From the IMG/VR virus record IMGVR_UViG_3300032280_000442, positions 244,575 to 308,574 of that record: 64,000 nucleotides of DNA; one strand, written 5' to 3'. Within the stretch, counting starts at the first letter, position 1. Each line of letters begins with the position of its first letter. Below are positions 40,930-50,464 of this stretch, piece by piece. Both the position numbers and the translations under genes were made by a program. This DNA is from a virus (lineage: Duplodnaviria > Caudoviricetes). The notes beneath the pieces were generated by a model. The model was not told the DNA's origin, ran no database searches, and saw nothing but the letters and a program-made list of their open reading frames with translations.

Positions 40930-42975
40930 ATGATAGAATCTTTAGATGGTGGAAGTAATGGTGGTAATAAAGCAGTTAAGTCTGACTCATCAACACCCGT
41001 ATTAGACAATTTTAGTAGAGATTTAATTAAACTTGCCGAAGAGGGTAAACTTGACCCGGTAATTGGTAGAGAAAGAGAAATCACACGAATCGCCCAAATC
41101 CTTTCACGTAGAAAGAAAAATAACCCAATAATCATCGGAGAACCTGGTTGTGGTAAAACCGCAATCGTGGAAGGTCTTGCCATTATGATTTATAATGGGG
41201 AATGTCCAAGAAACTTAATGGACAAACGTATCGTATCCTTAGATATGACATCAATTGTTGCCGGAACCAAATATCGTGGACAATTTGAAGAAAGAATGAA
41301 AGTTATTATTGAAGAACTTCAAAACGAACCTAACATCATTGTATTCATTGATGAAATTCACACAATTGTTGGAGCAGGAAATTCATCAGGTTCAATGGAC
41401 GCATCAAACATCTTTAAACCAGCACTTGCTCGTGGAGAGATTCAATGTGTTGGTGCAACAACATTAGATGAATATAGAAAAAACTTTGAGAAAGACGGAG
41501 CATTAGAAAGACGTTTTCAAAAAGTTGTTGTGGACGCGGCAACCAAAGAAGAAACGTTAATCATTCTTAAAAACGTAAAAGATAAATACGAGAACTTCCA
41601 TAAGGTAACTTATACGGATGAAGTATTATCTGTGTGTGTTGATTTGGCCGACAGATACATCACCGATAGAGAATTCCCGGATAAAGGGTTTGACATCATC
41701 GATGAGGTTGGAGCAAGAAGTCAAGTTGAGATTAAAATGCCAGAATCTATCGAGAAGTTAAAACAACAAGCTGCCGACATCAAACAAGAAAAGGTAGATG
41801 TTGTTAAACAACAACGATATGAGGAGGCCGCAAATCTTCGTGATAAGGAAAAACGTGTCTTAGTTAAACTTGAAGCTGAAAAGAAAAAGTTTGAAGAAGA
41901 ACTTCTTACACACAAAAAAGAAATCACTTTAGATTTGGTTTATGAAGTGGTTTCCAATATGACCAAAATTCCGGTAACCAAATTAAACGCTGATGAAACT
42001 AAATTATTATCCGAGATGGAGGCAAACCTATCTGATAAAGTTATTGGACAATCTGAAGCCGTTTCAAAGATTGCAAAATCAATCCGTAGAAACAGAATTG
42101 GTATTAAGGACCCAAACAAACCAATCGGTTCATTCATCTTCTTAGGTTCAACAGGTGTTGGTAAAACATACTTGGCAAAACAACTAGCGAAACAAATGTT
42201 CGGTAGTGAAGATAATATGATTCGTGTGGATATGTCTGAGTACCAAGAAAAACACACCATTTCAAGATTAATTGGAGCACCTCCGGGATACGTTGGATAC
42301 GATGAAGGCGGACAATTAACCGAACAAGTTAAAAACAAACCTTATTCTGTAATTCTATTTGATGAGATTGAGAAAGCCAATAAAGATATTTTTGGTACTC
42401 TACTTCAAGTATTAGACGATGGTCACCTTACCGATGGTATGGGGAGAAAGATTAACTTCAAAAATTGTGTCATCATTATGACATCAAACGTGGGGGTTAA
42501 AAAATTACAGGATTTTGGTTCGGGTGTTGGATTCAAAACGGGTAATAGTTCTTACGCCGAAGAGGAATACAAACGTGAGACTCTTAAAAAAGAACTTAAA
42601 AAATTCTTTACACCGGAATTCTTAAACAGAATTGATGAGGTTGTTATCTTCAACTCTTTGGTTAAAGAAGATGTTACGAAAATTGTGACTTTGGAATTAG
42701 ATAAATTATCTAAAAGATTGGTTGGGTTAAAATACAACATCACATTTGATGAAACTATTTTAGAACTAATCTCGGAAGTTGGATTTGATGAGACCTACGG
42801 AGCTCGACCAATCAAAAGAGCAATTCAAGATAAGATTGAGGATTTTGTATCCGAAGAGATTATCAAAGGAAATATGGTGGAGGGTGTTCCATACACCCTT
42901 ATATCCGTAGAGAAAGAAGTGGTAGTTAAACCGGAAGAGGTAAAAAAGAGTAGAAAGAAAAAAGAGGACAAATAA
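40930..42975 (+). CDS. clpC: ClpC-like AAA+ unfoldase lacking the N-terminal domain
   Basis: Two Walker A motifs ([16 protein letters not shown]); UVR-like M domain [16 protein letters not shown]; VGF ClpP-docking loop. Confidence 0.88.
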   Translation: MIESLDGGSNGGNKAVKSDSSTPVLDNFSRDLIKLAEEGKLDPVIGREREITRIAQILSRRKKNNPIIIGEPGCGKTAIVEGLAIMIYNGECPRNLMDKRIVSLDMTSIVAGTKYRGQFEERMKVIIEELQNEPNIIVFIDEIHTIVGAGNSSGSMDASNIFKPALARGEIQCVGATTLDEYRKNFEKDGALERRFQKVVVDAATKEETLIILKNVKDKYENFHKVTYTDEVLSVCVDLADRYITDREFPDKGFDIIDEVGARSQVEIKMPESIEKLKQQAADIKQEKVDVVKQQRYEEAANLRDKEKRVLVKLEAEKKKFEEELLTHKKEITLDLVYEVVSNMTKIPVTKLNADETKLLSEMEANLSDKVIGQSEAVSKIAKSIRRNRIGIKDPNKPIGSFIFLGSTGVGKTYLAKQLAKQMFGSEDNMIRVDMSEYQEKHTISRLIGAPPGYVGYDEGGQLTEQVKNKPYSVILFDEIEKANKDIFGTLLQVLDDGHLTDGMGRKINFKNCVIIMTSNVGVKKLQDFGSGVGFKTGNSSYAEEEYKRETLKKELKKFFTPEFLNRIDEVVIFNSLVKEDVTKIVTLELDKLSKRLVGLKYNITFDETILELISEVGFDETYGARPIKRAIQDKIEDFVSEEIIKGNMVEGVPYTLISVEKEVVVKPEEVKKSRKKKEDK

Positions 42976-43035
42976 TCCTCTTTTTTTTTGTAGTTAATAA
43001 TATTATCAATATCTTTGTAATCTAAATCAAACAAT

Positions 43036-43350
43036 ATGAAAAAATATTTTTTAATAGTATCTTGTGTTTTTTTATTATATATCACCACTAAAAAAGATAA
43101 AATATATTACATACCTTTTGACATTCCTGGTAGTCAAATGGCATCAACTATTCCTCCATTTGGGACATTTATTGAATCTAAATATAAGACCGATAAATCG
43201 ATATTAAGACACGAAATGGTTCATTGGTCACAATATCAAAGAATGGGTTTTTTTGGGTTTTACACAACTTACATAAAAGAATGTATTAAATATGGTAACA
43301 GATTTGATGGACCAATGGAAGTTGAAGCTAGAAAATTAAGTAAAATATAA
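43036..43350 (+). CDS. Small secreted/membrane zincin-like protein
   Basis: Hydrophobic N-terminus; ILRHEMVHWSQY; PMEVEA. Confidence 0.6.
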   Translation: MKKYFLIVSCVFLLYITTKKDKIYYIPFDIPGSQMASTIPPFGTFIESKYKTDKSILRHEMVHWSQYQRMGFFGFYTTYIKECIKYGNRFDGPMEVEARKLSKI

Positions 43351-43354
43351 TAAG

Positions 43355-44251
43355 TTATTTAACACACCCAAATTTATTAGAATGTCCAACAACTTCTTTT
43401 AAATACCCCGTATTTGATATATATTTATTGTCACCCGTTTTTGTTTTTATTGTTGGGACATAATTTTTAACAACCTGATTTTTATCAACCTTTAATATAA
43501 GTTTTGGATTATCCTTCGGAAATGGTTGGTATTGTCCATTTGGTGAATTACAAGGTGCCATATACTCAACATTATTTGTTTTACAATATTGTTTTTTAAA
43601 TTTAGATGACCCCAAATTGTAAGACATAATCGCAGCATCTAAAGCGGCATTTCCTGATGACGATGGATTGTCAATTAATTGTTTGTTATAAATAATTTTA
43701 GATGGTTTATTTGAATCATAATATTGTTTTGTTTCATCATATAATTTTTTTAAGTATTTTGATGCCGCAACTAATGACCCGGACACACTCATCAACTGTT
43801 CTAAGTTTACATTATATTTTTTTGCGATGTCAGGTGTCATCTGAGCAACACCCATACTAGGAACCCAATTGCTTTTATTAAAAAATTTTTTAGCACCCCA
43901 TTGTAAAGCGTCTTTGAAACCGGGGATGATTTCTGAAAATTTATTCATCATATATTCTGGGACTGCCTTTATCCCAAATTTACCCATTACATTTCCAAAA
44001 TCAGATTCTCTCCCTAAAATACCTAAAGCGTATTTTGCCCAAAATGGGTCAATCCCTTTTGATATTGCATATTGCATCGAATGTGAAAGTTCAGGTGTCA
44101 AACATTTATATTTTTGGGGTAATGGTTTATTTGTATTCCTCATCAACTCTTTATTGTAAGGTGTGTCAAATTTCTCATCTGGTTGTTCTTCCAACACTCG
44201 TTTAACAATATTGATTAAATCCGATTCTGTTAATTTTATAATTTTTTTCAT
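43355..44251 (-). CDS. Lytic transglycosylase-like protein with N-terminal leader
   Basis: ILGRESDF (catalytic Glu); SMGVAQM; AIMSYNLG. Confidence 0.65.
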   Translation of the reverse strand: MKKIIKLTESDLINIVKRVLEEQPDEKFDTPYNKELMRNTNKPLPQKYKCLTPELSHSMQYAISKGIDPFWAKYALGILGRESDFGNVMGKFGIKAVPEYMMNKFSEIIPGFKDALQWGAKKFFNKSNWVPSMGVAQMTPDIAKKYNVNLEQLMSVSGSLVAASKYLKKLYDETKQYYDSNKPSKIIYNKQLIDNPSSSGNAALDAAIMSYNLGSSKFKKQYCKTNNVEYMAPCNSPNGQYQPFPKDNPKLILKVDKNQVVKNYVPTIKTKTGDNKYISNTGYLKEVVGHSNKFGCVK

Positions 44252-44252
44252 A

Positions 44253-45347
44253 TTACGCTCTTTTTATCCAAGCAATTCTAGAACCACCTTTTAAATTATT
44301 ATATGGGTCAGCCCAAACTTGACCACCAATATTATGGAATATAATTGGAACCCCATTGTCTATCGCTCCCACAATACCTACGTGAGTATTCATACCCCAA
44401 CCTATACCTTTTTTTATTGTATCCCCATTAACTGTCATACCTAACATATTTTTTCTAAAAAATCTTTTACCTGCAGAATAAAAAGCCTCTTCGTGATGTT
44501 TTGAACCAGGATAGAAAAGTCCAACAACATCGTTTAGTTTTAAAGAAACTCCTGAACTTTTAGGAACAATACTATTTACTAACTTCATCACTTCACTACT
44601 ATACGTATTACCTTTACCCTTACTATCACTATTAATATCTTTCCATAAATCGGTTACTTTATCAATTTGGTCGGAGTTTAAGTTAGTAAATGATGAAAAA
44701 ATTGTATTACCTACTGAAGGGACATCGTGTGCCGTCCAAGCATTTAAAATTTTTGCTCTACTATCATCAAAATCATTAACAAATTGTGCACAATCTTTAT
44801 TAGGTAATGCCGAAAAAATTTTAACAGGGGATGTCGTACTTAGTTTAGACACATCAATCATTGATTTAAACTTTGGATTAATATAAGGACTAAGAACAAC
44901 TTTATTTACTTTAGTTTTATCCACAACTTTTTTATCATCAACTTTATCGGTTTTTTTCTTTGGGTTTTGTACCTTAGTCTTACCTTTTTTTGGTGGAGTT
45001 ACATTTTTCTTAACAGGGATTTTTTCATTAAAAATTTTCCCCTTAATAGCTTTAATAGATTTTTCTTTTTTTGCCAATGTCCAGTTAGGGTTATCACTAT
45101 CAACATCTTTTGAATAATAATAATCATTACCTAATTTAGCATAAACATAAGGGTCGGGTGGAATACCTTGTTTAACCATTGCACCACTATCTAATAATGT
45201 AGGTACTGTAGTAACAGGTTGTGTTGGTTCATCTGATTGACCTAAATCTAACGATTGTTCAGATAGATACTGTCTTTTAGTTGCCGTTTCGTGAAGATTT
45301 AAAATTCTATTTTTTTCTTCTTCGTTAATTATAAATAAATTTTTCAT
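44253..45347 (-). CDS. NlpC/P60/CHAP-like amidase with N-terminal leader
   Basis: KDCAQFVN (Cys), THVGIV (His), IFHNIG. Confidence 0.55.
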   Translation of the reverse strand: MKNLFIINEEEKNRILNLHETATKRQYLSEQSLDLGQSDEPTQPVTTVPTLLDSGAMVKQGIPPDPYVYAKLGNDYYYSKDVDSDNPNWTLAKKEKSIKAIKGKIFNEKIPVKKNVTPPKKGKTKVQNPKKKTDKVDDKKVVDKTKVNKVVLSPYINPKFKSMIDVSKLSTTSPVKIFSALPNKDCAQFVNDFDDSRAKILNAWTAHDVPSVGNTIFSSFTNLNSDQIDKVTDLWKDINSDSKGKGNTYSSEVMKLVNSIVPKSSGVSLKLNDVVGLFYPGSKHHEEAFYSAGKRFFRKNMLGMTVNGDTIKKGIGWGMNTHVGIVGAIDNGVPIIFHNIGGQVWADPYNNLKGGSRIAWIKRA

Positions 45348-45348
45348 A

Positions 45349-46113
45349 TTATTTTTTTTCTGTCGTCGGTTGAGTTGTCCCCGCTACCGGTTGAGTTGTC
45401 CCCGCTACCGGTTTATCATCACTAGGTTGTGCCATTAAGTCCTCTAAACCGATTTCTGAATAATTTCCTCCAGCACCTCCTGTTGCGGCACCGGTATTAG
45501 TTCCTCCCGCTGTGGCACTTGGATTAGTTCCTCCCGCAGCAACACCCGCATTAGTTTCTGCAGCTTTTTTAATTGCTTCTGAATCCGTGTCTTTAACTTG
45601 AGTATTATCAGTTTTTACATCATTGGTTGTTGGCGCAGGTAATTTTTGTAATGCCGCTAAAATACTTGCAGAAGTTTTAGGGCCATATTTACCATCCTTA
45701 GTTAACACTGATTGAAATTTAGTAATTAACGTATTTTGTAATTCTTCTATTGAAGGGTATTTTACACCTATGTTTATTGGTGTTACCGGAGCTGCTTGTG
45801 TTGTTGGTGCTCCTGTTGCCGGAGTTCCTGTTGCCGATGCTCCTGTTGCCGGTGCTCCTGTTGCCGGAGTTCCTGTTGTTGGTGCTCCTGTTGTCGGAGT
45901 TCCTGTCGTTACGTTAGGTAAAACAGATTGTCCTCCCAACATATTTTGAGATTGTTTTATCACGTCGGCCAATTTTGGGTCAATATTCGCCAAATTACCT
46001 GAATCAATGTTTGCCGCCATAGTTTTAGTATCTTGTTCAGAAATAACGACACCTCGTTTATACCCCAAAAGGTATTTCATATTTTCAATTTCTTCTAATA
46101 TAACTTTTTTCAT
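45349..46113 (-). CDS. Peptidoglycan-binding domain protein with Thr/Gly/Pro repeats
   Basis: IEELQNTL...LTKDGKYGPKT; TGxPx repeats. Confidence 0.6.
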   Translation of the reverse strand: MKKVILEEIENMKYLLGYKRGVVISEQDTKTMAANIDSGNLANIDPKLADVIKQSQNMLGGQSVLPNVTTGTPTTGAPTTGTPATGAPATGASATGTPATGAPTTQAAPVTPINIGVKYPSIEELQNTLITKFQSVLTKDGKYGPKTSASILAALQKLPAPTTNDVKTDNTQVKDTDSEAIKKAAETNAGVAAGGTNPSATAGGTNTGAATGGAGGNYSEIGLEDLMAQPSDDKPVAGTTQPVAGTTQPTTEKK

Positions 46114-46122
46114 ATCAATATA

Positions 46123-46752
46123 TTATTTTGATGGTGTTTGTTGACCACCATTTAGTTTGTCATTAATTTTTTGTAACAACGCAGAATCCATAATACCGTT
46201 TTGTTCTAACCCTAACAACTTTTGAATTGCTATAGTATTCTCTTTTGTTTTAGTAACAATTTGTTGTTTATATTGTTGTGCTTTTTTCGCCTTGTCTTCA
46301 GTTGATTTATTTGCTGAAGTCTTCCAACCACCTTGTGCCTTTGACCAAGTTGAACCATCTTTTAAATTAACATTAAAAACATTACTTTTACAAGACCATT
46401 GACCATTTATAATTTCACCACCGGTTGGTCGATATCTAACCTCATAATCTGTACTAAAGAATACAGTGGCTTTATCTGTAACAACCTGAACAAAACCAGG
46501 TGTTTTAGCCGGTTTAGGTTCTCCAAATTGTTTAATACAAGCCGTTGCGGCAGGGGTAAATTTCTTATTATCGTTTGTTGTTGATACGTTTTTTGGTGTA
46601 TCTTTTGAAGTATTATTTGTACGTGATGATAGATTAACACTGTTGTCGGTATATGGTAATTCCTCACTCAAATATTGACGTTTTGTAGCACTTTCGTGAA
46701 TATTCAAAATTCTTTGTTTTTCTTCTTCGTCCAAGAAATATAATTTTTTCAT
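46123..46752 (-). CDS. Leader-bearing protein with C-terminal PG-binding-like segment
   Basis: IQKLLGLEQNGIMD; leader nearly identical to that of 44253..45347. Confidence 0.5.
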   Translation of the reverse strand: MKKLYFLDEEEKQRILNIHESATKRQYLSEELPYTDNSVNLSSRTNNTSKDTPKNVSTTNDNKKFTPAATACIKQFGEPKPAKTPGFVQVVTDKATVFFSTDYEVRYRPTGGEIINGQWSCKSNVFNVNLKDGSTWSKAQGGWKTSANKSTEDKAKKAQQYKQQIVTKTKENTIAIQKLLGLEQNGIMDSALLQKINDKLNGGQQTPSK

Positions 46753-46804
46753 AAAAATATTTTATTTATAAATATCATATAAAAAAAAAAGAGACCGAAG
46801 TCTC

Positions 46805-47626
46805 TTAGAATAAATTTTTAAATTTTGGTTCTGATTTATATTGGTACTTTTTATTCCCCAAACTCTCAATCATCTGTTTACCGGTCTCTATCCCATTATA
46901 AACATCTTCAACAACCACATACTCGTTTCTTGTGTGATAGTCGTAATAACCTATCGCAAAATTAATACAGGCAAAATCAAACGTATTCTTCAATGCGTAA
47001 ACATCGGTATAAGGATTGGAGAAATATTCTTGTTCCCCCTTGAAACTCTCATTTAGCACTCCATTACAGGTTTCAAAGAACTCACTATCTCTTTCAAATA
47101 ATCTTGTTCCCATACAAACTTCTGTTACCATTCTATTACCGGGAGCATCAAACTGAATACCGTAACCAACATTTTCAAAGAAATTTGGGTCGGCTTTCTT
47201 GGACCCGTGACATCCGGTTTCTTCTGACACGAAGAATGCGGCTTTTAAATTTGGTAATTCTTTAAGTAATTCCAAACACGCATAAACACCACATTTGTCA
47301 TCACCACCAATTCCGGTTGGTTCATCAAAATCGTTGTACGCCTTTAAAGCCGGTTTAATTTCATACTGACTATTCTGTAACATTTCCTCACGAATATTGA
47401 TTGAGTCAATACTATGAACCGTATCGGTGTGAGCTATTACGCAAGGGAAGTAATCAACAAATTCATCGGTTTGTTTGATTGCGTAAATATTGTTATGTTC
47501 ATCCACATTGAATGGAATCCCATTTTCTTCTAACCACTCGATTAGAAATTCTACCATAAGGTCTTCTTGATAAGTTTTTGTCGGAATTGACAAAACTTCT
47601 TTTAATAATTCGTAATTTCTTTCCAT
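46805..47626 (-). CDS. M20/M28-family zinc peptidase
   Basis: IAHTDTV; GGDDKCG; SEETGC; GYYDYHT. Confidence 0.85.
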   Translation of the reverse strand: MERNYELLKEVLSIPTKTYQEDLMVEFLIEWLEENGIPFNVDEHNNIYAIKQTDEFVDYFPCVIAHTDTVHSIDSINIREEMLQNSQYEIKPALKAYNDFDEPTGIGGDDKCGVYACLELLKELPNLKAAFFVSEETGCHGSKKADPNFFENVGYGIQFDAPGNRMVTEVCMGTRLFERDSEFFETCNGVLNESFKGEQEYFSNPYTDVYALKNTFDFACINFAIGYYDYHTRNEYVVVEDVYNGIETGKQMIESLGNKKYQYKSEPKFKNLF

Positions 47627-47668
47627 AGAGCAAATATAGGAAAAATAATTTGAATATTAACTATTATT

Positions 47669-49030
47669 TTAATTTATTCTAATAAACCCTTCAAATAACT
47701 CAGGTGAAACTAAAAAATTATTAAATTCTTCTTCAGTATAACTTCTTTCTTCCATTCCCGCACTACCATCTTTTTTAAACACCTGAATAAGTATTTTATT
47801 ATTTTTTGGGTTAATACCTCTGTAGAAAAATTCTCTTCCGGATTTAGTTTTGTATCGGTTATTTATTTTAAATTTAGAATCAAGTCGTTTGTATAATTCA
47901 CCGTACGCATAGATATCTTCATATTGAGATTCATCCTCAAGTTTATCAATAATTTTATCCAAATATCTCGAACATTCGGAATCAAACGATTCTTGGTCAA
48001 AATCCACAGCATCAATTTCATAGATAGAGTCACCCCAACCAGTAATCTCCATATCGGAACCAATTCTAAATAACAATTCACTTATGGTTAATGTTTTATC
48101 TCCCATTGTATCATATAGAGATAATAACATCCCAACACTCGTAAAATACTCTCTAAGACAATGTTTTGTAAAGATACCGTAATTATAAAATGGGTTACAA
48201 AAATCGTCTTTTATCATTTGGTTAAACCCTCTGGTTTTAGATTCATTTTGTTCTGAGGTATACTCGTAAATCATTGACTCTACCTCATTTCTAAACATAT
48301 CAATTAATTTTTGACCTGCTTCCGATTTTTGGTCATCTGTTTCTAACTCAACAGATTCAGGAGAAATAATTGAAAGAATTTGTTTTACCTTTTTAAGGTT
48401 TTCTTCGTTAAATTGATTAAAAAAATACCCTTCCTTAAAATCTTCGGTCGCCTGATAATCATCTTCCCACTCATACGTATCGTAGTTTCCGGTAATGGCG
48501 TTGTAATACCACATATCATCATCACTAGGGTTGAATAACTTAATATAGTCATCCTCATCAAACTTTAAATCTATTTTACTTTTGAACGGAGCTTTTGGTG
48601 TATATTTAAAATCGTAAATAGCGTCGTCAGCATTCTCTAACTCACGACTACTAACTTGTTCACCATTAGCAATTTTAGTTAATAACTTATAAATTTCACC
48701 TACACCAATAATATCGTCAACAACTAATTTAACCTCATCGGGAAATTCAACTAAAACATCCATTTTTGGACGAGCAGCACCATAGGCATTATAATATTCA
48801 ATCTTACCATCCTCTTTATGAATTGTATAAGTAACAAAACCATTTTTTAATTGGTTATTTTTATCTATAATAAAGTAAGTATCTCCCTCTCTAAATTGAT
48901 TCCAACTACCTTTAAATTTTTCCGGTGCGTAATACACAAAGGCATCGTAGTCCAATGGGTCCACAACCATCCAATCTTCATTGTCTAATAATATGTTTTT
49001 CATCCCGTGAAAGTTCTTTGTACCCGGCAT
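47669..49030 (-). CDS. Hypothetical acidic protein
   Basis: 453-aa ORF; TATTTATT upstream. Confidence 0.6.
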   Translation of the reverse strand: MPGTKNFHGMKNILLDNEDWMVVDPLDYDAFVYYAPEKFKGSWNQFREGDTYFIIDKNNQLKNGFVTYTIHKEDGKIEYYNAYGAARPKMDVLVEFPDEVKLVVDDIIGVGEIYKLLTKIANGEQVSSRELENADDAIYDFKYTPKAPFKSKIDLKFDEDDYIKLFNPSDDDMWYYNAITGNYDTYEWEDDYQATEDFKEGYFFNQFNEENLKKVKQILSIISPESVELETDDQKSEAGQKLIDMFRNEVESMIYEYTSEQNESKTRGFNQMIKDDFCNPFYNYGIFTKHCLREYFTSVGMLLSLYDTMGDKTLTISELLFRIGSDMEITGWGDSIYEIDAVDFDQESFDSECSRYLDKIIDKLEDESQYEDIYAYGELYKRLDSKFKINNRYKTKSGREFFYRGINPKNNKILIQVFKKDGSAGMEERSYTEEEFNNFLVSPELFEGFIRIN

Positions 49031-49062
49031 TGATATTTATTTTAATAATAAATATAATTTTA

Positions 49063-49093
49063 TTTGGATTTATCTAAAAATGTATTATCTTTG
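49063..49093 (+). promoter_or_regulatory. Bacteroidota-type sigma70 promoter of tmRNA
   Basis: TTTG (49063) - 19 nt - TATCTTTG (49086). Confidence 0.8.
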
Positions 49094-49110
49094 TGGTATC
49101 AAAATAATAA

Positions 49111-49507
49111 GGGGGTAAAATGGTATTGACTGGCATATCTACTTATTTGGGGCACGTAGTGAGAAGTTTCCTATCACTTAAATCTATGGATGACAAAATT
49201 ATAAATGGCAACATTTTAAACAAAATGGCTCTAGTAGGTCTTGTACGTCAAGACGAGCTTGTGAACGTAGCGTAAGCAAACACACATTGGGGTCGGTAGC
49301 CAAACAACCTAGCAACAGAAGGCTCTAAAAAGGTGTGGTACCTATCCGAAAAGGTACAAGTGGAGGATTAGTTCTCAGTAAACCGAACCACTCTAAAAAT
49401 AAGGGAATTGTGAAATTTCGGATTGTTAGCTCAAACAATGTCCTAAACGTGTAGTCCTGAACACTTAGGGTGAACAACACGAGGCTTCGAAGCCTCTACC
49501 TCCACCA
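49111..49507 (+). ncRNA. ssrA: tmRNA; predicted tag (A)GNILNKMALVGLVRQDELVNVA* at 49207-49275
   Basis: 5' GGGGGTAAAATGGTATTGAC; 3' GAGGC-TTCGAA-GCCTC-TACCTCC-A-CCA; G3:U acceptor pair; ATAAAT|GGC resume context; smpB adjacent. Confidence 0.93.
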
Positions 49508-49511
49508 AAAG

Positions 49512-49539
49512 AAAAACCCATCATACGATGGGTTTTTTT
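49512..49539. terminator. Intrinsic terminator after tmRNA
   Basis: AAAAACCCATC-ATAC-GATGGGTTTTTTT. Confidence 0.85.
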
Positions 49540-49540
49540 G

Positions 49541-49934
49541 TTATCAGTTCAAATGTTTATTTTTTAATCTTGTAATAAATCCTTTTTTACCGGATTTAAT
49601 TTATTTGTTAATTTATCTAATCTTGAGTCAACATTTCTGTATACGTCTCCAAACATTCTGTCAACATCATCCATTCTACCATTGAGGTATCTATTAGTTT
49701 CCGCATATAATTCGTCTGTTCTATTTATTTCATTATCAATACGACGATGAATATTATTGTCAATATCTCTAATTATTTCTTCTTGAGATTTAACCAATCT
49801 TTTTAATTTTTTGATGTCTGAATACATCCTAACCATAACTACAACCCCCAGTATCCCGAGAACCATAACCATACCTAAAAACATTCCTATAATCATAATT
49901 TCCATTTTTTAATTCGTTTATTTTGAACTGATAA
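49541..49934. repeat. 13-bp inverted repeat flanking ORF 49564..49905
   Basis: TTATCAGTTCAAA (49541-49553) / TTTGAACTGATAA (49922-49934). Confidence 0.8.
49564..49905 (-). CDS. Small membrane-anchored coiled-coil protein
   Basis: N-terminal hydrophobic helix MEIMIIGMFLGMVMVLGILGVVVMV. Confidence 0.65.
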   Translation of the reverse strand: MEIMIIGMFLGMVMVLGILGVVVMVRMYSDIKKLKRLVKSQEEIIRDIDNNIHRRIDNEINRTDELYAETNRYLNGRMDDVDRMFGDVYRNVDSRLDKLTNKLNPVKKDLLQD

Positions 49935-49956
49935 TTAAGTATAATAAAAAAAGGGA

Positions 49957-50394
49957 CTATTTCAAGTCCCTTTTCATATCTCTATCAATATCTCGAGATT
50001 TTATACTATCTCGTTTATCGTGGAGTTTCTTACCTTTGGCAAGAGCAATTTCCATCTTAACCAATCCGGTATCATTTATGAAGACACGATAAGGAATGAT
50101 GGTTGTCCCGTTGATTAACTCACTTTCCAACTTATTCAGTTCTTTTCTCTTGGCTAATAGTTTTCTATCCTTAACGGTTTCGTGGAATGAACCATAACCA
50201 TAATCGGAGATGTTCATACCCTTGATGAACAACTCACCATTATTAAAATAACAATATCCTTCAGATATGGAGACCTTCCCCTGACGGATGGACTTCACTT
50301 CTGAACCAACTAGTTGGATTCCCACAATTAGAGTTTCCAAGAATGAATATTCAAACTTGGCTTTCTTATTGACTATGTTAATTGATTTTTTCAT
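49957..50394 (-). CDS. smpB: SsrA-binding protein SmpB
   Basis: NKKAKFEY; GIQLVGSEVKSIR; RKLLAKRKE; LAKGKKLHDKR. Confidence 0.96.
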   Translation of the reverse strand: MKKSINIVNKKAKFEYSFLETLIVGIQLVGSEVKSIRQGKVSISEGYCYFNNGELFIKGMNISDYGYGSFHETVKDRKLLAKRKELNKLESELINGTTIIPYRVFINDTGLVKMEIALAKGKKLHDKRDSIKSRDIDRDMKRDLK

Positions 50395-50426
50395 ACGACA
50401 AAGATAATATAAAAATTGATATAAAC

Positions 50427-50460
50427 AAAAAAAGGTGTCACATTACTGTAACACCTTTTT
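50427..50460 (-). terminator. Intrinsic terminator of the large ncRNA
   Basis: Minus strand AAAAAGGTGTTAC-AGTAAT-GTGACACCTTTTTTT. Confidence 0.8.
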
Positions 50461-50464
50461 GGCT

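Noticed and set aside
38920-45910. Short tandem repeats as CRISPR array or DGR repeats
   Set aside because: In-frame low-complexity coding repeats ((AP)n, TGxPx) without spacers, cas genes or reverse transcriptase
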